Part shown: one piece after another, positions 1-9,485 of the stretch
How positions within the stretch are numbered: the first letter of the stretch is position 1
Layout: each line of letters opens with the position of its first letter
DNA from: Marsupella aquatica
Taxonomy: Eukaryota > Plantae > Marchantiophyta
Assembly (NCBI GenBank): GCA_973895155.1
Contig: OZ316898.1
Coordinates: forward strand, 10,721,738-10,747,654
Length of the DNA stretch: 25,917 nucleotides
Direction: 5' to 3'
The notes under the pieces: generated by a model
Seen by the model: only the letters and a program-made list of their open reading frames with translations
The model's database searches: none
What the model was told of the DNA's origin: nothing
Position numbers and translations under genes: made by a program

Positions 1-1276
1 GGAGAGCAGCAGGGGTCAAGGGGTGGGGTACGGTGGGCCGGGCCGGGCCGGTGGGAGGCGAGAGGAGGAGAGGGTGGGGGCCCGGGCGAGGAGGCGGGCG
101 GGGCCAGCGGAGGCTCACTTTTTCATTCATTCCTCCACTTTGTTCGTTGGATTGGTTGGCTCGGGTGCAGCGCGGGGCCCGTCTTAATAAGCAGACCGTT
201 TCCCACTCGACGCTCTTTTTTCCTCTTGCCTGCCTGCCTGCCTGCGTGCGACTCTGAGGCCGTTGGTGCGGGAGCTCCCCTGTTTCCTTCCGCTCTGCTG
301 TCTGCTTGCTGCTCCCCTGCTGCTCCCCTGCTGCGCTGCGGTCTGGCGTGTAGGTGGTCTGTCTCTGCGCAGCAGCGAGAGAGTCTGGAGTGGTGGTTGT
401 GGAAGTCGAGAAAGAGCGAGCGAGCGAGCGTGGCGAGGAGAGGAGGGGAGAGGTCAGACGAGGCAAGCACGAAAGTGCGACGCTGGTAGGAGAGGGAGAA
501 ACGCGGGCTGGTGGAGCTGAAGGAGGAAACCCAACTTATGCTGCGTACCCAATCGCGGAGGGAGGAGAGGGAGGAATGAATGATTAGGTCAGGGGGGGGG
601 GGGGTGTTCCATTATTGAGGAGAGGGCAGCTTTCCTGGAAGGTTGTGGGAAGCATTGAGAGCAGAGGGGTGATCGCAGGTGGGGTTGCGGTCTAGGAGTA
701 GAAATTTGGAGGTGGTGGTGGTGGTCGGAAGCGGAGAGAGTACAGTTGTGGAGTAGTAATATAGGATTGGACAACGGACTATTGAGAGAGAGGAATCGTT
801 GTAGAAGTAGGGGGGGGTGGGGTTGATTTTGATCTCTGTGAGGGCCTGTCACTCTGTGTGTCTGGTTGCACAGTGCTGCAGGGTGGTGGTGCGCAGACGA
901 AGCAGAGAATCACAGTGGTGCCTGACTTGTGAGATCGACCGGGCGAGAAGGGTGGTGGGCGAGTTCTGGTGTCTACGGTTCAGATGTCTCTTTTGTTGAT
1001 GTAGATGGAAAATATTCGCCTAGAAACCTGTGCTCCGTGCTCTCGATTGCGCACGTGTGGAGGAAGTGGAGTTGGCAGAAGTGAGGACGAGGAGAGGATT
1101 TAGTTGTGGCTCTCGACTCTCCGCAGACAGTGAAGCAAGCAGCGCAAAGCAAAGAAGGAGAGCTGAGCCGAGCAGAGAGACGGAGGAGGCGAAGTGGTGA
1201 AGAAGGGAGGGCATAGGTCGGGGTGTTCGAGGAGAGAATGGTAAGAAAGAAGGGAGAGAGAGGGACGAGTGCACAG

Positions 1277-1326
1277 TGACTGGTGTTGCGCAGCTGATGA
1301 CTGGTGTTGCGCAGCTGATGACTGGT
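1277..1326. repeat. 21-bp tandem repeat, ~2.4 copies
   Basis: TGACTGGTGTTGCGCAGCTGA at 1277 and 1298, partial copy at 1319. Confidence 0.9.
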
Positions 1327-2009
1327 CGATCCTTGTCTGGAGAAGAGTAGTGGTTTCAGACTTCTCTCTGTTGTAGTGGACTGTTCTCTCACTCTCTCTC
1401 TCTCTCGCCGAGCCCGCCTGCCACAGTAGACTTTGTTTATAATTCTCCAAGAGTAAAGCAAGTCGAGTTGTGGTGGAGGAGGGGAGCTGCTCCGAGGCAA
1501 CGTTTCCTTGGTTCTCAGAAGAGTGACACTTGCTGTGATCTAGGTGGTGGCCATCTCGAAAGTGGTTGGCTGGCATCTGGGGAACTCTTGGATTTGGTTG
1601 GTGTTCAGCTCGACCTACCCGGGTCAACTGGGAGAAGGAATCGCTGAGTGCGGTGGTGCATGGGCCGGAGGTGGTGGACCTCGTTGATGAGAGGAACGAG
1701 GGGGGCATAGAGGACAGGGACTTTCTCGGACAATTTGTGACTATGTACTACAGTTTCACGAGTGGCTGGGAAAAGAAGCAGTATCATGGAGAATTGTAAT
1801 TGGCGACTGGATTTTCCAAGAAGTCAATTTGCTCTGCAAAACAGACATTGTGAAATTGCGTTCACATTTCTGCTCCTGCGGGAGGCTGTCAACCTTTTGC
1901 TGCATTCCACATTGTCAAGGAATCATTGTGATTACGGATGCGACGGATCCAGGATATTAGTAGCACATTCAGAACGAAAATAGCACTCCCATTCTGATTT
2001 GCATCCTCC

Positions 2010-2422
2010 TTGGAGGTTTTCTGCCACGTACCGCGCAAGCTCTGTCTACATTTTCGTTTCGATTGTCCCTCCTTGGGCTCGTGGGCCTACTAAATTCCTG
2101 TCCAAGGATTGGGGTTTAGGGTTTAGGACGTCTCCTTGAAATCATTTTAGCCGCCTGATTACTCATTCTAGTGCTCAATTTTCCGGGAGAGACTTGAGAG
2201 GTCTCTTCTACGCAATTTTCGCCAATTCAGGCTGACACTTGCAAGAGTAATATTGTCGACGGGGCTTCGGTTTATCACGACGCAACCTCTGTCTTGTCAT
2301 TTGGCGCACCACTTCGTAATTCGCCTTTGGAGGAACCCGTTAGAAACATTTTGAGGCCTATATTGGAAGGTGGAATACAAAGCTGCATCTTCCCCCCTTA
2401 TTGCATCTCAACGTCGGCATAA
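2010..2422 (+). CDS. Spliced non-AUG upstream ORF (candidate conserved-peptide uORF) in the TPP 5' leader, ~69 aa
   Basis: TTG GAG GTT TTC TGC CAC (2010-2027), then GT donor 2028 to pyrimidine-rich TTCAG acceptor 2230, then 2231-2422 open for 63 codons. Product: (M)EVFCH-ADTCKSNIVDGASVYHDATSVLSFGAPLRNSPLEEPVRNILRPILEGGIQSCIFPPYCISTSA*. An in-frame TGA at 1995-1997 and the absence of an in-frame ATG imply a near-cognate start. Stop TAA 2420-2422 overlaps the TPP ATG 2422-2424. Confidence 0.68.
2028..2230 (+). other. 5' leader intron of TPP (GT-AG, 203 nt)
   Basis: CAC|GTACC donor and ttttcgccaattCAG| acceptor; splicing joins the two halves of the uORF in frame. Confidence 0.65.
2074..2127. 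promoter_or_regulatory. Site II-like motifs (TGGGCY) plus telo-box-like GGGTTTAGGGTTTAGG in the TPP leader intron
   Basis: TGGGCT ~2074, TGGGCC 2082-2087 and GGGGTTTAGGGTTTAGG 2111-2127 (AAACCCTA on the minus strand). Motif match only. Confidence 0.35.
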
Positions 2423-5400
2423 TGGCTTGGAGGTCCAATCACCAAGCACTTTACACGGACCCTTCCCTCCCGTTCTCGTCGCCGGCATGTCCCTCAGTGT
2501 CATGCTCTGCCTCCACGGCTGCTCCTTTCCCTTCGCAGACCAGGTCATTCTTCACCCCGACTCCTGCAATGTCCATACCACATTCAGGACACTCAGTGTC
2601 GAAGAAGAATTCCGAGGTCCGCCCAGCGAAGAACGAAGAGGTGAAGGGTTGGCTCGATGCCATGAAGGCCCAGTCCCCTCCACGTTATGATCGTTCTGGC
2701 CTTGGCGGCCACTTAGAGGACGAAGCTCAGGAAGTAGCTGAATACGCTGCTTGGATGGCAAGTATCTATCTCCATCTCGTAGTCGTCATTGTTATCGTTC
2801 TGGTCTCCAATAGTGAAAGCTCTGATCTGTCTTGCAAGTTTGGATTGAGTGCCAGTTGTAATTCTAATGTGCAACCGTCCATCTTTGTCTTCCCGTTGTT
2901 GTCAATGTGATTATCGTCTGTTGCTGCCATACCCTACTTAACCCTCGAATGCTTCAGGAAGAGCATCCGTCTGCGTTGGAGGTGTTCGACGAGTTGATGC
3001 GGTCTGCCGCTGGCAAGCAGATTGCTGTATTCTTAGACTACGATGGCACTCTGTCACCTATAGTTGAAGACCCTGACCGGGCTTACATGTCAGATCTGGT
3101 ATGTAGCTCGATTTGAACTTCTCGGTTGGTCTGCCTGTACCTCGTCTGAATTGGATGATGAATGGCTGCAATGGTTCAGTGCTGTAGCACGTGGTACCGA
3201 GCGGTGATTGAAGTCTTGCGACATCTGGATTCAGGCAGGAACTGTGAATTACAGTTGCTGATTTTGTCACGCTTACTGACGTCTGGTCAATTGGTGTCCT
3301 GTCCGGTCCAGATGAGGGCCACAGTAAAGGAGGTTGCGACACACTTCCCAACGGCAATCATCAGCGGTAGAGGAAGAGACAAGGTGAGACACAGGGCTCA
3401 ACATTTTTTCGCCTCCTCCTCCTCCTCCTCCTCCTCGTTCCTTTGTCTCCCTGTCCCTGGCTTGGCAGCCGTAGGTGTCTTTGCCCATGAACCCATTCCC
3501 TCCTCTGCCCCTTGCTGCCGTGGGTACTGTTCTGCGTTTGTCAATGTCGGAAATCTGTACTCCTCTCTGACAACTAGGGAGGGGTGGCGGTTGCGATTAG
3601 GTTCTTCCCCTCTTTTGACAATCATACCGTCAAAAGACGCAATTAGTCAACTCCTCGTTTGTATGCAGAATCCAGCAGACCGGAATTCGAAACCTTCTGC
3701 AGGTTCCTCGTTTTCACCCCAAGACCACTTGTCTGATTTACTTTCCTCATCACATTTTCCTCATCCCAGTCTTCATCAAGGGGACTCTGGATAACAGCTC
3801 AAATGCTAAGCCCAAGTATGGTTTAATCTCTTCAAATGGTGAGCCTAAGAAGAGATGAATGATACTGAGTAGTCTATCGTCAGGGTAGTCCGGACCCGCA
3901 CCTGCCTGATGTTCGGCCGAGAGCAAGTCTGATTTTTCTGCCGCACCCGCTAGTGAGTTGTCGTGAGTTGGAAACTGCACTAGTGGTCAAGACTAGTGGT
4001 CAAGACACCTGTAGAGTCCGTCCTGCGCGCACGTCAGACAGGGAGCAAACTGGACATCCTGCGGGTTGTCCCTGCTGCGCCCATGAACCGGTCCATGCCA
4101 AGACCGTTCGTTTGTACTATCCTGGAAGGAGCACAGAGCGTTGTTGTGTTATGGAAGGGATTTGAAGGACGAGGCCACCCACCTTGTTGTGTCTGTGTGT
4201 GTGATGATGCGCTGTAACGGAAAATTGTATCATCGTGTTCTGCACGTTAAGTACTGTCCCGGTCAAACCTTGCTTTGAGATTCTCGGTCTCGTCGATTTT
4301 CTGGAATAAGTTGCGGCGTTGCGCTTGTAATTATCTAATTCGTAAGACATTCGCCTACCTTCGACCGGTCCAAAAATCACCACGATGAGTGACGATGCTA
4401 TCAATCAATTCGGAGAAAGGCTAATTTGGCTGTTGTGAAAGTGTTGATTTTGAGTGTTTTCTCTACCAGTCTGAAGAACTCAGCAACGTGCTTTCCTTGT
4501 AGGTGTATGATTTTGTACAATTGGCCGAGCTTTACTACGCGGGGAGCCATGGAATGGACATTATGGGACCGCCGGAGGGTTGCAACGGTTTCAACGTTGC
4601 GGGCACTCGAGCGAAGGACAAGAGGGTCAGTATTGAATTTTGCTGTCCATCTCCTTACGTTTGAGTAATTGGTTGGTTAGTTACATCAGCTACGCCTTCC
4701 TGACACATATCCGAGGATGATCTTATCGAACTCTGTGCCTAATGGCCAATGCTGTTGTTGTTGTGCTCGAGTCTTCCTTTCTTTTTCAAAAATTGAAGGA
4801 AGGTCTACGCGCGTTGCTCGTAGAATGTGCCGTCGTCTTGATGGGTGTTACCTGGGGACTGCATGTTTCCAACGGCGTTTGGTTGTGGCTGCCTTTCGTG
4901 AACCAAAAAGTCTTGCCCAGAGTGATCTACCTCTTTTTTAGCATAGCCCTTGCTGTGCCGTGTTTGTTTACGCCTTGGTTCCTGGGGTTTCCTTTTAGTC
5001 AGTAAGCAACGGTGCGATCGGAAAGCTATAGGGCGGTCAGCAGGAGGGTCCTAAATATACCGTAATTAGGTTGCCAGAATACCGTCAATGTTGATCTCGC
5101 AAATGTGGGGGGCTTGTGGGTCATGTCGTAATTCCAGCCAGCAGGCGAATTGTGACCTTTTTTTTCTGACATTTGCCTTTTTGTCTCAGGGAAATGATAT
5201 TGTCCTCTTCCAGCCGGCGAGCAAGTACTTACCGATGATGGATAAGGTATCTTGTCTGTTGAATTCGTTGCGGGACGCTCATGATTGGGAAGTTTTTCTG
5301 TGTAGTCATCGACATTAAAATAGCATATTCTGGTGATCTCTTTCGATCCAAGTATTGTCACACTTCAACTGTAGGAGAGTCTCCATAGCAGATCGTCGGA

Positions 5401-7489
5401 ATCATCTTGTTTATGTGCACAACCAGTTAGAATGGAGTTTGACCTGCCTTGTTCAGAGCTTGGATGTGAGTCGTGAGCTATTGTAGTCCCTAGCTGTTCC
5501 AGAAATTAGAGCTGGGTAAACCTCAATTTTCCGAACTCCAGCTCTAATTGTGGTTTTTTCTGGTCATCCAAAATGGCGGTTCAGCTCATCTGGAATTTAG
5601 GAACTTGATGCTTTTATTTGAGTGTGTGGAAGTGGTCAAGACAGTTTTTGTCAAAAGGAAGGAACTCTTGGAGTTCCACGACTAGTTGTCAAGAGCTTGC
5701 TTGCAGTGGGTGCTTTTGTCGCTAGTATTAATGCGTCATGCTTGGTGCATGAAGGTTTGTAAGACTTTGGAGGAGAAAGCCTTGACGGTTCCTGGAGCAC
5801 GAGTGGAGCATAACAAGTATTGCGTCACACTCCATTTCCGCCGTGTCAAAGAGGAGGTAGTCGAGCATTCACGAACGTTTCTGTCATAATGGTTTCTGGT
5901 TTGAACAAATATTTTCACATCCAATTGTTGTCAATTCTTACGCGTGGTATCCATTACAGAGTGATAACATACTGATATGCTTGTCTGTTTGCCTTCCGGA
6001 TTGTCTGCAGAGTTGGTCAGAACTTGCAGAACACGTGGAAGGTATATTGAAGGATTATCCTGAGTTGCAATTGACTCTAGGGCGAAAAGTGAGTTGCTTT
6101 GCTACACCTGCAGTATATTTAGCGGTATATTGACAGCCTATATAGTAGACTTCACGCTAAGGGGGAGTTACTGTAGTGGACATTGAAGCTGTGTACAAGC
6201 CGTCTGCGAACTCGCGAAATACTGGTGTGTGCAGCTCGTGCAATAGACAGTGATCATTGATCCTACGCTCCCCTCATTTCCCAATTGTGTCCGCTAGAGT
6301 AGTGTTGTATTGTGACAATCCCAGCATGAGCCCGTATGCTACAGACATGTGACCCAAGGCGTTCCTTGGTTCCACTTTAGTTGAGTTCAATAATTGTTTA
6401 TGACGCGAAGTCACTGTCCACTGCGGTATATTAGAACATGCACATTGAGAGATCACTGAAGGGCTTTGCTTGACCCAGTTATATGTAGCATTTCATTACT
6501 TTTCATTATCTTGCACTGTCAAATGCTTCAGAACCTAGCTCATGCTGAGGTTCTGAAGACCGTAATTTCTGGAAGTGTTCTGATCTTTGGTTATTGTTGT
6601 TCTTGGTTGTACGGCAGGTTTTGGAAATCCGGCCAGCGATAGCATGGGACAAGGGCAAAGCCGTGGAGTATCTGTTGAAGGCTCTGGGTGAGTCCTTGCA
6701 CCTTGTCGGAGGCATGCAAGAATTGTTTTCTTTGCTATAGGCCAGCCAAAATTCTGATTGAGAGTCAATCTTTAAAACCGTAAGTCTCACGGCTTACGTC
6801 TGGAAGAGAACTCGATAGACAGGCTGCCGATGATTGGTGGTGAGGCAAATTGAATGTAGTAAAAGGGACTGACACCGGACTCTGAACGGTGCAGGCTTGG
6901 AAAACTCCAATGATGTTCTCCCTGTATATCTAGGTGATGATCGAACGGATGAAGACGCTTTTGTGGTAAGTTGCTGGCCTGCCAAAAAGTGGACAGTCCT
7001 TTTCATTGCTGTAGGAGTCCTTGCTGTGTTGTATATATTCTAGATCTGAGTCAGGTGAAAGTAGATGGGAATAGATCAGTGACTTGGTTTGTTATTGTTA
7101 GTAAATTGGTTATTGTCTTTGTCTATTGGATTGTCTCTCTACGTTGGATGATCCGCGTTGTCGCTACCACAGATGTTCAAGAGTTGAGTTAGTTCTATGT
7201 TATTTTCAGGTAATGAATGAGAAGGGCAATGGCTGTAGCATTCTCGTCTCAGCAGTCGCCAAAAGCACGAATGCTCTCTACTCTCTCCGAGATCCGTCTG
7301 AGGTAATTGCATCGTTCGTTTTAGAAACAATCAAGCTAGTTAGATCTGCATTTCGGCTTGTGTTAAGAGATGCGTGATCTGACATCTAAACAAAACACTT
7401 GTGGTTTGCAGGTGCTGACATTTTTGCAGTCTCTCGTGAGATGGCGGGTGAGTCACCCTCTGAAACGTGGGAATTCAGATAGTGGTTAA
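2422..7489 (+). CDS. TPP: Trehalose-6-phosphate phosphatase (HAD superfamily), 11 exons, ~406 aa
   Basis: Exons 2422-2757, 2958-3098, 3312-3383, 4503-4625, 5190-5246, 5755-5856, 6011-6088, 6618-6687, 6895-6965, 7210-7302, 7412-7489 join in frame (1221 nt). Plant TPP motifs: [28 protein letters not shown] (HAD motif I), IISGR (motif II), [27 protein letters not shown] (motif III), [12 protein letters not shown] (motif IV), YSLRDPSEV. All introns are GT-AG except intron 1, which is GC-AG. Confidence 0.96.
2758..2957 (+). other. Non-canonical GC-AG intron (TPP coding intron 1)
   Basis: ATG|GCAAGT donor, otherwise matching the GTAAGT consensus, and cttCAG| acceptor. The join gives YAAWM-EEHPSAL, the expected W-x-x-x-HPSAL spacing of plant TPPs. 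Confidence 0.88.
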
Positions 7490-8438
7490 GCATTCCAACG
7501 TTCTACCAAAATGGTAATCGTTGTCACATTTGAGGTGAAATCCCTATGGAAAGATGGGCTTCACTAGAGCATGAGGGGGGTGGAACAGCTCCCCCTTAGC
7601 TTCTCCAGGTAGTACATTGTTGATGCAGGAATAGAACACCTTGGGCTAGCCTGTCACGATCTTGTCACATTTAGGCTGAAGACAACCCGCAGTACGTCAT
7701 TCAGTCCCGCGAACGTTGTACCGGGGATTTCCTAAATTTAGGGTGTACAGTGAGGGGTCAATCGTCCATCAAGGTTACTATTCATTTCCAGGGCCTCAGT
7801 ATTTTGAAGACTGGTTTGAAAAGTTGGATATGATCAGGGGTATTAAGGCCTAGGACGGAATGTATTGCAAAAGTTCATTGCTGTACCCACCCCAATTCCG
7901 AGTTTTTCCCTGCCAAATTGTTGATCTCCGACTATTTCATCCAAATAAAATTGTTCCAGAGCAATTCTTCAGGCCTATGCAAAGAAGTATGTCTAACATG
8001 TATAGCTTTTGTTGGAATCAACTGAGCTGTTGTGTCTGTAACATGGCTCGAGTTCTGTGGGTGCGAGGTCTCCTAGTTGCTCCTTCGCATGATTGTTTAA
8101 TTTTGTTGTGGTTATGATTGAAAACGAGTATGCACATCTGCAAGGTAGCTGTATGAATTGAATGTTCATCCGTACATAAGAGACTTAGGACGGGAATGTA
8201 TACTAGGTAATGACATCCATGCCTCCCAAGAGAGCCTAATAGAATTTGATGGAGGGGTCTCACCAAATATAAATCTTCAAGACGATGCAAGTCAACAAGG
8301 CTCAATGCTGCTCCACTTAATCTTCTGGTTGGTTGTGATGGTAACCAACATACTGAGGATTGAACTCGAGGATGAATGGTCTCAGAGGATGAATGACGCA
8401 CATTGAATTGTGATGGTAGCAAACATACGGAGGACTGA

Positions 8439-8498
8439 ACTCAACAGGATGAATGGTGACTCAACAGGATGAATGGTGACTCAACAGGATGAATGGTG
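8439..8498. repeat. 20-bp tandem repeat x3
   Basis: ACTCAACAGGATGAATGGTG at 8439, 8459 and 8479; a related degenerate copy lies at ~8333-8380. Confidence 0.92.
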
Positions 8499-8537
8499 TA
8501 CATTGAATTGAAGGTCAAGTTGTTTTTTGTTGGTTTT

Positions 8538-8695
8538 CATGATGGTGTTGCTGTGTTACTGGGTACATCACTTTTCTAAGGTGCTTCAATAGACTTTTTC
8601 AAACCTTAACTTTGTCCATGATGGTGTTGCTGTGTTACTGGGTACATCACTTTTCTAAGGTGCTTCAATAGACTTTTTCAAACCTTAACTTTGTC
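8538..8695. repeat. 79-bp perfect tandem duplication
   Basis: CATGATGGTGTTGCTGTG...AACTTTGTC at 8538-8616 and 8617-8695. Confidence 0.92.
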
Positions 8696-8714
8696 GTTTC
8701 AAGTCTCCTTGGGT

Positions 8715-9030
8715 CAAGATTCTTTGTGGCGCTGTCTAGCTTGGGGACCTATTCACCACACAAATTTGAAGAAAAATGGATGTCCCAAAACTCTCCAATG
8801 ACCCTCGTCAAAAGAATCAGATGACACTGAAGGGCTCACAGAACGGAAAGAAAGAAAGGGTTGGGAGTGGGCCAAGATTCTTTGTGGTGCTGTCTAGCTT
8901 GGGGACCTATTCACCACACAAATTTGAAGAAAAATGGATGTCCCAAAACTCTCCAATGACCCTCCTCAAAAGAATCAGGTGATACTGAAGGGCTCACGGA
9001 AGGGAAAAGAAAGAAAGGGTTGGGAGTGGG
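8715..9030. repeat. ~158-bp near-perfect tandem duplication
   Basis: CAAGATTCTTTGTGG...GGGTTGGGAGTGGG starting at 8715 and 8873, with a few substitutions. Confidence 0.92.
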
Positions 9031-9485
9031 AGACGGAAAAGAGAAAGGAAAAGTGACCAATTGATAGAAATGATTTGGTGAAAGGCTTGAATTGAAAGTG
9101 ACTTGAATGGATCATGAGGAGAAAAGCAAAAAAGGAGTGGGAGTAGGAGAGGGAAAAGAGTAAATGAAAAGTTGTTAGTTAACACAAATTATTTGGTGAA
9201 AGGGTTTGAATTCAAGGTAATTTGAATGGGTCATGAGTGAAAGGCTGTGTAAGAGGCTTGAGGGTGGCTTTGAATGGATTATTTGTGAAAGCCTCTAAAG
9301 GAGGCTTGAGGGTTGCTTTGAATGGATTATTTGTGAAAGGCTTTGCAGGAGGCTTGAGGGTGGCTTTGAATGGATCATGAGTGGAAGGCTATGTAAGAGA
9401 CACACATAGACTTGAGTGTGACTTTGAATGTATTATGAGTGGAAGGCTTTGTAAGAGGCACACATAGACTTGAGGGTTTGAATGG
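9031..9485. repeat. Degenerate purine-rich minisatellite (GAGGCTTGAGGGTGGCTTTGAATGGAT-type units)
   Basis: Three copies of GAGGCTTGAGGGT(G/T)GCTTTGAATGGAT between ~9253 and 9376, and two copies of ATGAGTGGAAGGCT.TGTAAGAG.CACACATAGACTTGAG at ~9378 and ~9435. Confidence 0.8.

Noticed and set aside
33-1708. Numerous ORFs on both strands, up to 202 aa
   Set aside because: Low-complexity translations of GA/G-rich leader or promoter DNA, with no recognisable domain and mostly non-ATG starts.
2111-2127. Interstitial telomere array
   Set aside because: Only about two TTTAGGG units; treated as a telo-box motif instead.
3162-3794. 210-aa ORF
   Set aside because: Only 3312-3383 is TPP exon 3; the rest is intron read-through that includes a (TCC)n microsatellite.
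8439-9030. Repeat arrays as CRISPR-like
   Set aside because: Units are contiguous with no unique spacers, there are no cas genes, and the context is eukaryotic.
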